The notes under the pieces were generated by a model. The model was not told the origin of the DNA and ran no database searches. It saw nothing but the letters and a program-made list of their open reading frames with translations. Shown here in pieces: positions 56,901 through 64,000 of a DNA stretch of 64,000 nt. The stretch's first letter is position 1, and each line of letters opens with the position of its first letter. Made by a program: the position numbers and the translations under genes. Source of the DNA: Klebsormidium nitens (lineage: Eukaryota; Plantae; Klebsormidiophyceae); NCBI GenBank assembly GCA_000708835.1, contig DF237085.1, positions 62,001-126,000 of the forward strand, given 5' to 3'.

Positions 56901-59900
56901 CAGTGCTCCCTCTCTACTTGATATCGTGTCTGTATCCGGGGCTGTCTAGAATCTGGTCGGCCGCTGTCATGCGTCCTGGTCGGGCCTTCGGTTCATCGTC
57001 ACGACATCGTCTCAAGACTCAACTGGCAGTTTGTCGGGCAAGTAGGCTGGTAAAATAAGCAGCGTAGATACAAATCGTCATATCAATCTTGACCAGTTTG
57101 GTTTTGTTGTCGGTTTGTGTCCCAAGCTTTGGTGTTTTACCCTCAGCAGTTGTGGTGTTGTCTCAGGTGTTACCTTCAACAACTCATCAAGAGTTTAAAG
57201 GGAGGCTGGTTCTGCCTTCAAGTTCGTTGTTTGCACTATGTTTGTCTCAATTGCAACAAGCGTACCAAAGTTGCACTTCTCCCAATCACAGAGACTGGGG
57301 CCGCCGGTTCAGCACCCTGTTCCCGAAGTTCGACACGTGGCCCAATGAGAAGGACCCAGAGCGGCCGCTCGTGATTGGCTACATCTCCCCCGACTATTTC
57401 ACGCATTCGGTGTCCTACTTCATCGAGGCGCCGCTCACGCACCACGACCCGCAAAAGTACAAGGTCGTAATCTACTCAGCAGTTGTAAAGGTGAGTTGTT
57501 GCGAAAATGCGAGATAGTCTTTTGTGGGAGCGTGCGACAGCCTTACCATTTACGGAAGTTTGCTGGTCCGTTGAGGAGCGGACAAAGGATTGTTATCGAT
57601 TCTCGAACACGGGGTCACGCAGGCTGGGCGGGAAGTTCAGGATGTTTTCATCAACACTTTGTCAGGACAGCCCGCAGCTCGTCTTTTCATCGCTTCCCTG
57701 GCCGCCGCTTGTGGACTGGCATGCGTAATCTTCTCTGTGACCCACCTAAAGACCTATCATCTGAAAACCAGAGACCCGCGAAAACTCGCGCCAATTGGTG
57801 TTAATCCCGTTTCATCTTGGTTTGAACGCTGACTGAACCCGGTCCGAAACGTGTTCGAAAGTGGACCACTCCTCGTCCCAACTCGGTCTGAGTCTTGTCC
57901 AAAGCCGGTCCGAGGGTGCCGAGTGTATGGAATATTCTTGATTCCTACACAGGCGGACGCTAAGACCCTGCGTTTCCGGGAGGCGGTTGTGGCGCGCGGC
58001 GGAGTATGGAAGGACGTATACGGCGTGGATGAGAAGCTGGTGGCGCAGGCGGTGCGCTCCGACGGGGTGGACATTCTGGTGGAGCTCACGGGGCACACAG
58101 CCAACAACAAACTAGGCGTGGCAGCGTGCAAGCCTGCACCCGTGCAGGTGGATTTCTGGCAGCTCTGACTCCAAGGTTTCGTCCCCCACTGACGCATGCG
58201 CAACTCGGAACTCTGTCTTTCACAAAATCAAGATATATTGTAGTCCTGGAAGACCTGATGAAGTGCACTGGGCACAGCGGCAAGAAAAATACGCGTAGCG
58301 GCGTTACAAGATTGAGCGCCCGTGCACTTCGTATCACTCTGGAAGTCTTGCTTTCAGAGGTGCAACCTTGCTGGAGGCTCCTTCAAGTCTTCACTGAGTC
58401 GCCTGTCAACGCAGGCACCTTGACGCGGGGCTTATCCATCTGATCATAGACTCCTTCAAAAACTTTCGTATCCAGAGCACGAGGCGGCTGACGATTGCAA
58501 AACGTTAACACCAGCGCTCATCGCAAGCTTCCGCACGAATGCGCAGGTAACTTGGATCGGCTATCCTAACACCACCGGACTCAGTACAGTCGACTACCGG
58601 ATAACGGACGAGCTTGCGGATCCGTCCACCACAAAGCAACGGTGAGCGGCGCGAATCTGTTTGGAGCGTCGACATTGAAGCCGTCTTCTCGCTCTTCATT
58701 TGGTGTCACGTTGGACTGTACCTTGGCCCGTTATGGAAAGGCGTGCCCAAAGTCTTTAAGTTCTGAGGTTACACCCACCAATCTGGGTTTATAGAGCGGA
58801 AAAAAGGCCACACGTGAAAGGTTTGACGTTGTCGTGAATGTTTGGCTTTTGACGGTTTGGGATGCACGAAGATGCACGAGTATTTGTCGCAGGGTTTCCC
58901 CCTCTCCCGATCTGCAAAATTTCAAATCATACAACTCCTTCGAATCATCACGTCTGCGCGCAAGTTCTATCAATATCAGACCCTCCATCCCAGTGCTTCC
59001 GACGACTCGTTTCAGCCTCTGCACCTTTCTTTTCCGTCTCCACTTGAAGAGCCCTGCTGTTCTCTACACAGGTCTTAGCCCTCTCCGCCCTTCAAATTTT
59101 TCTTCGTTTGTTTTGTTTTACCCTATTCTCAATTCTATGATCATCTTCACGTTTTCAACTCAGACTTCTGCGCCCTTTCCGCAGGCACATTGAGACCCCC
59201 CTCCGGCTGCCCCGCTGCTTCCTGTGCTACACCCCCTCCCTGGAGGCCGGCCCAGTCGCCCCCACCCCCGCGCTGTCCAACAACTTCGTCACCTTTGGGT
59301 CGTTCAACAACCTGGCCAAGATCACCCCGCGCGTGCTCAAGCTGTGGGCGCGCATCCTCAAGGCGCTGCCGGGTGAGCGGACTACTATAATCTGAAGTTT
59401 TTAGGGTTTTGGGCTTCTGGTTGTTCGAGATTTCGATCGTTAAGTGGTGTCAGGGTCGTTTTATTTTCAGGCTGGGTTAGAAGGCTTTTCAGGTCAATTC
59501 TCTTCGCTCGTCTAAGATGAGGAATGTCAAAGATTGATCTCTGTCTCTTTGTGAAGCTTTCTGCTGGTAGTTGGAGATCAGGATTGAGAGTCGCTGTCAG
59601 TCAGACGGGGGTGAACGAAACCTTTTGTTCGACGTGGCCGAGCGATGACGGTGGTGACTGGTCGCCTCTCCACCGATTCGGCTCTTTCCCAAGATTCTTT
59701 CCACAAATACTTGACCCGAAACCCTCATTCCATTCCTCCAGGCGCCCGCCTGGTGGTGAAGTGCAAGCCGTTTTCGTGCCGCTCCATCAGCGAGCGGTTC
59801 ATGGCGTCCCTGGAGGCCGAGGGCGTGGACCCCGTGCGCGTCGACCTGCTGCCGCTCATCCTGCTCAACCACGACCACATGCAGGTACGTCTCGATCTGG

Positions 59901-61407
59901 TTGAAGTGGGCGCAGGACATGCGTGTCCAATCCAGGCAATTCACGTCGCTGGGCGGTACATCGGGTCCTTCTAGAACCTCCAACTTACTGAGGGTCGATC
60001 TTCCGAGCTTACCGTTTTCCGGCGCCCACTTTCCCAATAACCCCAGTGAAGAGTAAGCTTATTGACTTCGAGTAGAACCTTAAAGCAACGGCTCCTGCTC
60101 TCCGCCTTTCACATAACCTAAGCTCATACGTAACCTCACCCGTCTTGACGACTGTTCACCGGCCATGGATGGACCAACCCAGTCGCACATCCCAAGGCTC
60201 TCACAAACTGGACGTTTGAAACCGTGGTCGTGGAAACCGTGACGCTGTCGGAGACATCTGCTGACGTGAGACAAACTCCGACTCTCACCTTGAATGTTGC
60301 CTGAACCAACCGTCACACGTGCAGAGCTACGCGCTGATGGACATCAGCCTCGACACGTTTCCGTACGCGGGAACTACGACCACGTGCGAATCGCTCTACA
60401 TGGGCGTCCCTTGCGTGACCATGGCGGGCGGCACGCACGCGCACAACGTCGGGGTCACGCTCCTCAAGCAGCTCGGTGAGGGCGTTCATATAACTTTGTG
60501 GCCGGTTTCGGATGCGTTTTTATCGCTTCTATTCCGGATTCCTTTTCGTAGTAAAGAAAAAAAGGACTGCTTCTGCTCTTTTTCCAGTCTCTGAGTACGC
60601 TTCAGCAGCAGCGCTTTTACCCCTCCCTTGTATCCTCGTTCTGTATTGCACGCCTCCTTTCGGCTCTTTTGCTCCTTTCTTTCGTTGATTTTTTCTTTTC
60701 CTTCCCCTTGTCTATAAGGCCATGTCGATCTTTCGCCCAATCAAAGGTTGTTACAAATCAAGTTTTCACACAAAGAGTGACGTGCTACTGGCTAGGTCGT
60801 TTCCGGAATGATGATTGAGGCGTCCGGCACTCAGTAGGAGTCTTGAGCGGACATGAGAATCGCTGTTCTGGACTTCAACGAAGCAACGGTGTTTCGAATG
60901 GCACCCAAGCACACAAGCCACATAAGCATCTAACAAAAGCTTTTCCCATCCGCAGGCCTCGAGTGTCTCACCGCCCACTCTCCGGACGAGTACGTCACCA
61001 CCGCCGTCCGGCTCGCGTCCGACATCCCCCGCCTTGCCGCGATGCGCGCCGGCATGCGGGACCGCATGCTCACCTCCCCCCTGTGCGACGGGCCCTCTTT
61101 CGTACGCGACTTGGAATCCGCATATCGCAAAGTATGGCGAAACTACTGCGCCGGGCGGCCGCCCTCCGGCGTCGGGGCGGAGAGTTCCGCGACGCCCACG
61201 GATGGGGGGGAAGTTGTTGCCCCCAAGGAGACCCCCCCGCTGCCGCACAGCGGCAGCTCGGGGAGCTCGGCGGAGTCCCCGACGTCGTCGCTGTTTCTAC
61301 GGACGGACGACTCGGGGGGGAGCTCCGGGGGAAGTTTGGAGGAGATGGCGGAGGAAGCGGCGGGCCGGGGAAAGACGCTGAGCCGGCTTCGAAATGCCTC
61401 TAGCTGA
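50980..61407 (+). CDS. SPY: SPINDLY, TPR-containing protein O-fucosyltransferase (GT41), ~17 exons
   Basis: TPR exons (YADLLRSRGK, AYYNLGVVYSEM, AEAHCNMGVIYK, NNLAIALTDLGTK, AEACNNLGVIYKDRDNLD, SLNNLGVVYTVQGKMD). Catalytic region NRLLALNY, GYISPDYFTHSVSYFIE, DILVELTGHTANNKLG, TWIGYPNTTGL, FGSFNNLAKIT, DTFPYAGTTTTCESLYMGVP. Colinear with Arabidopsis SPY as recalled. Confidence 0.97.
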
Positions 61408-62766
61408 TTTTCGAGGGTCTCTGTCTGAGGAGAATCAATTGCGGTGGGTGTTGTGCGTGAGCGCCAGCCGAAATTGCGTCGGAATCGGGTAACACATAAC
61501 GACAAGGCGTTTGAGCTTGTCGGAGGGGGGGAGTCTGGCGCAAGATCCCTCCGTCGCACAGTCAACTAACACGTAAAATAGAGACTGACATGAGCAGGGG
61601 GAGGGCTTCAGCGTCCGGGATTTGAAGTGGGGAAGGCGCTGAGGGCGGGGTCTGGGTACGAAAGGTATTTGTGTCTTCCAAGGCAGGCGTGCGAAAGCGG
61701 CTTGTCGAACATCCATACGCTCAGCAGACATTTGACAGATAAGATTCTTGATGATTGGGTCGATAACAACCTTAAGGTGCTTTTCATGGCAGACGGTTTA
61801 AGGCTGTAGGAAACGCCATTTCGACTTCCATGTGACTCAAAGTACATTGCAGTGCTTGTGGTACGGAGATGTGCGTCGAGCTTTTCATTTGCGGGTCAAG
61901 TAAATTGGTTGACCACACGTGACACCATTTCACTCAGCATTGACCAATCAACTAATCATTTACAGGCTTGCCCCAAACGATATCGAGCCGATGGCGCGTT
62001 CCAGAGCTAGCCGCGTACAATCATAGCCTGAGGCTTCAATGATGTGTGTATTCGCAAATATAATGATCATGCACATGCACTCTGAAGGCATCCGGACCGA
62101 ACATCACAAGCCTAGTTCGTATCTGCTGGTTTTGGTGGTTCAGATCCCGCGGGGGCGGCTGCGCATATACATTATGCAGTGAAGCATGATGGTGCGTGTC
62201 TATCTTTGTAATATATATGCCATCATTATAGCATGCGCGAGCTGCGATCGAGCTGCCAAGTGACCTCTTTGCAGTCAACGGTCGTCGATCAACTATATGG
62301 CTTCTCTGAGAAGTTCTCAAGACAACATCCGTCAAGTCGAACCGTGCTAGCTCATTGCAACTATACTACTATGATAGCATCCAACAAGTGACTTGATCTG
62401 GATCTGCTTTCAATCTGATCGCAAACAGACCTCTTCGTGTTATTGCAGCTTGAATGCTTGTTGAGTGAAACCATTCAGGTCCACCAGATTGTAGGTCGTA
62501 AAATATAAGCACGTCTCAATACTAATGGTTTGGTACAGCTACCTACACTTCTGATTCAAGTACACTCTCTTTGCAGAAGCTTATCCACAATGAGGATTCA
62601 ACGAAGTATGACCATGATCTATCCAACACAATATGTAGATATATACCACAAAGAAATGTTCCTGCATACATGAACCTTGCAACATGCCAGAACTGTACAC
62701 TCAAAAACACAAGAACGTTCACAAGGCACCCTCCGCAAGACAACAGTAGCCCGCCTGCTGCAATCC

Positions 62767-63958
62767 CTAGCTTTTGAGCTCTTCAATCATTTGACTTGGC
62801 TTCTTTGACTCCTGACTCGTGGCTACGTGCGCCAGTACTCCGGCGGCTGCCCCTACGCATGCGCCCCCGAGCGCAGTGCGGGGGGCTATTAGCACTGCCG
62901 AAGCTGCCCCCCCGGCGAGCATTCCCACCAGGCTGAAGTAGTCGGTGCGCTTTTGGCCCTGGTTGTAGTGCAGCTTGTAAACACGCTCCCGGATGCCTTC
63001 CTCGTCTAGGGGGGTGCCCCAGACTTTGTAGACGCCAAGACCGCCTAGTGTGAACGGGCAAAGATGTGAGATTCGCCACATCGAGACGCATCTGGGCGCT
63101 TGTGTTGGAGGTCAGACTCTCTTTCTTTCTGGCTTCGTCTGGGGGGGCTCATTGGGATTTTAAAAGCGGCCAGTTAGTTGGAGAAAAGGAGCCCTGAGAA
63201 AAATAAGAGGAAGTTGTTGCTTGTAGTGACTGGTCCACAATGTTCTTGCTGCGGTATTTGGACCTGTCTTTGGTTGTCAGGACACCTCTTTGTGTGGAAT
63301 GCTATGGGGCTTTGGACTATATAATCGCTTCTTTCTAAAAGCTGAGAAAAGCATTCAATCGTGAACGATGAAGGGGACAAGGACAGTCGTTCCAGAGAAA
63401 GCACGTCAGGTCTAAGGGGGTGAATCAAATGGTCAAGATTCTACCCTTGAGGGAAACCTGGACTACCAGACAATCATGTTGACCAGACGCTGGTTGCGTC
63501 ATACCAAGTACAGGCCACTAGGTTTTGACAATTTGGGGCCATTTCAATGTTAGCATGAGGACTTCTCCAAGGCAAAAAACTCAGAGCAGCATCACTGCGC
63601 AATGAGCCATCCCAATGACCAATTCTTTGACCAACCTCAAACCAGCATTTGCACCTGACGGTCATGCACGCAAAGCAAAGGACCCACCTGAGAGCAACGT
63701 GCCCACTCCCGCCGACCGTTCCACCACCGCAAGCGCAGACGGGATATAGCTTCCGGCAGCCTTACGGAACACGTAATGCCGCACCGCAAGGGGCAGCGCG
63801 ATTGCGCACCCGAGGAGGGAGCCCGCTTGGAGGCCCTTAACCAGAATGTGCATAAACAGCTTTTGCGTGGCGTTCTCTGTGATGGTGTCAACGTGCTCGT
63901 TGGCGCCGACCGATGCCGGCGGGGGAGCCGCGGGCCCTGCGTCTGTCATTGTGCGCAA
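62767..63958 (-). CDS. Small membrane protein, DUF1757-like (2 exons)
   Basis: Exon 1 63958(or 63949)-~63685 encodes LFMHILVKGLQAGSLLG...; donor CAG|GTGGGT; acceptor near 63045. Exon 2 encodes DEEGIRERVYKLHYNQGQKRTDYFSLVG plus Gly/Ala-rich hydrophobic helices. The H-x3-K-x2-Q-xG-x2-LG and DR/ER-xY-xL-xYN-xGQ-xR-xD pattern is recalled for DUF1757. Confidence 0.6.
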
Positions 63959-64000
63959 CAGAGAAGCGTTACACAGCGAAATGCGGAGTGCGAGTTGATG

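Noticed and set aside
28252-61565. Long antisense ORFs over GC-rich exons (e.g. 28252-28677, 34320-34616, 48152-48868, 50700-51311, 61143-61565)
   Set aside because: Shadow ORFs caused by high GC3 or the LINE's compositional bias; no independent coding signal.

Overview
Intron-rich eukaryotic nuclear DNA from a photosynthetic streptophyte. High-GC3 exons, long purine/pyrimidine-biased introns, RLK/Pelle kinases, a RING-less MAT1, SPINDLY and plastocyanin point to a charophyte alga such as Klebsormidium (inference). Genes reconstructed by hand from splice sites, in order: (1) a cytoplasmic tandem kinase-pseudokinase of RLK/Pelle type (+, ~3648-13371); (2) a small secreted 6-Cys prepropeptide (-, 15782-16063); (3) mitochondrial fumarase (-, 19628-26221, 17 coding exons); (4) TM9SF/EMP70 (+, 27078-32062); (5) an RluA/RPUSD2-type pseudouridine synthase (-, 33608-41083); (6) MAT1 (+, 41788-43892); (7) plastocyanin (-, 44961-46091); (8) SPINDLY (+, 50980-61407); (9) a DUF1757-like membrane protein (-, 62767-63958). 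Mobile or foreign DNA: two MITEs, a 1.2-kb TIR element filled with hairpin repeats, a mitochondrial rps3 fragment (NUMT) in an intron, and the 3' part of a poly(A)-tailed non-LTR retrotransposon next to an N gap. Most interesting: (a) the retrotransposon protein carries RNase H, a zinc knuckle and, in frame with the knuckle, an OTU-type cysteine protease/deubiquitinase with intact catalytic residues; (b) the algal tandem kinase-pseudokinase has a duplicated 5-exon architecture; (c) five exon junctions of the pseudouridine synthase gene are echoed by decaying tandem copies that mostly retain splice sites. Most short six-frame ORFs are antisense or intronic noise. No tRNA, rRNA or CRISPR array was recognised.
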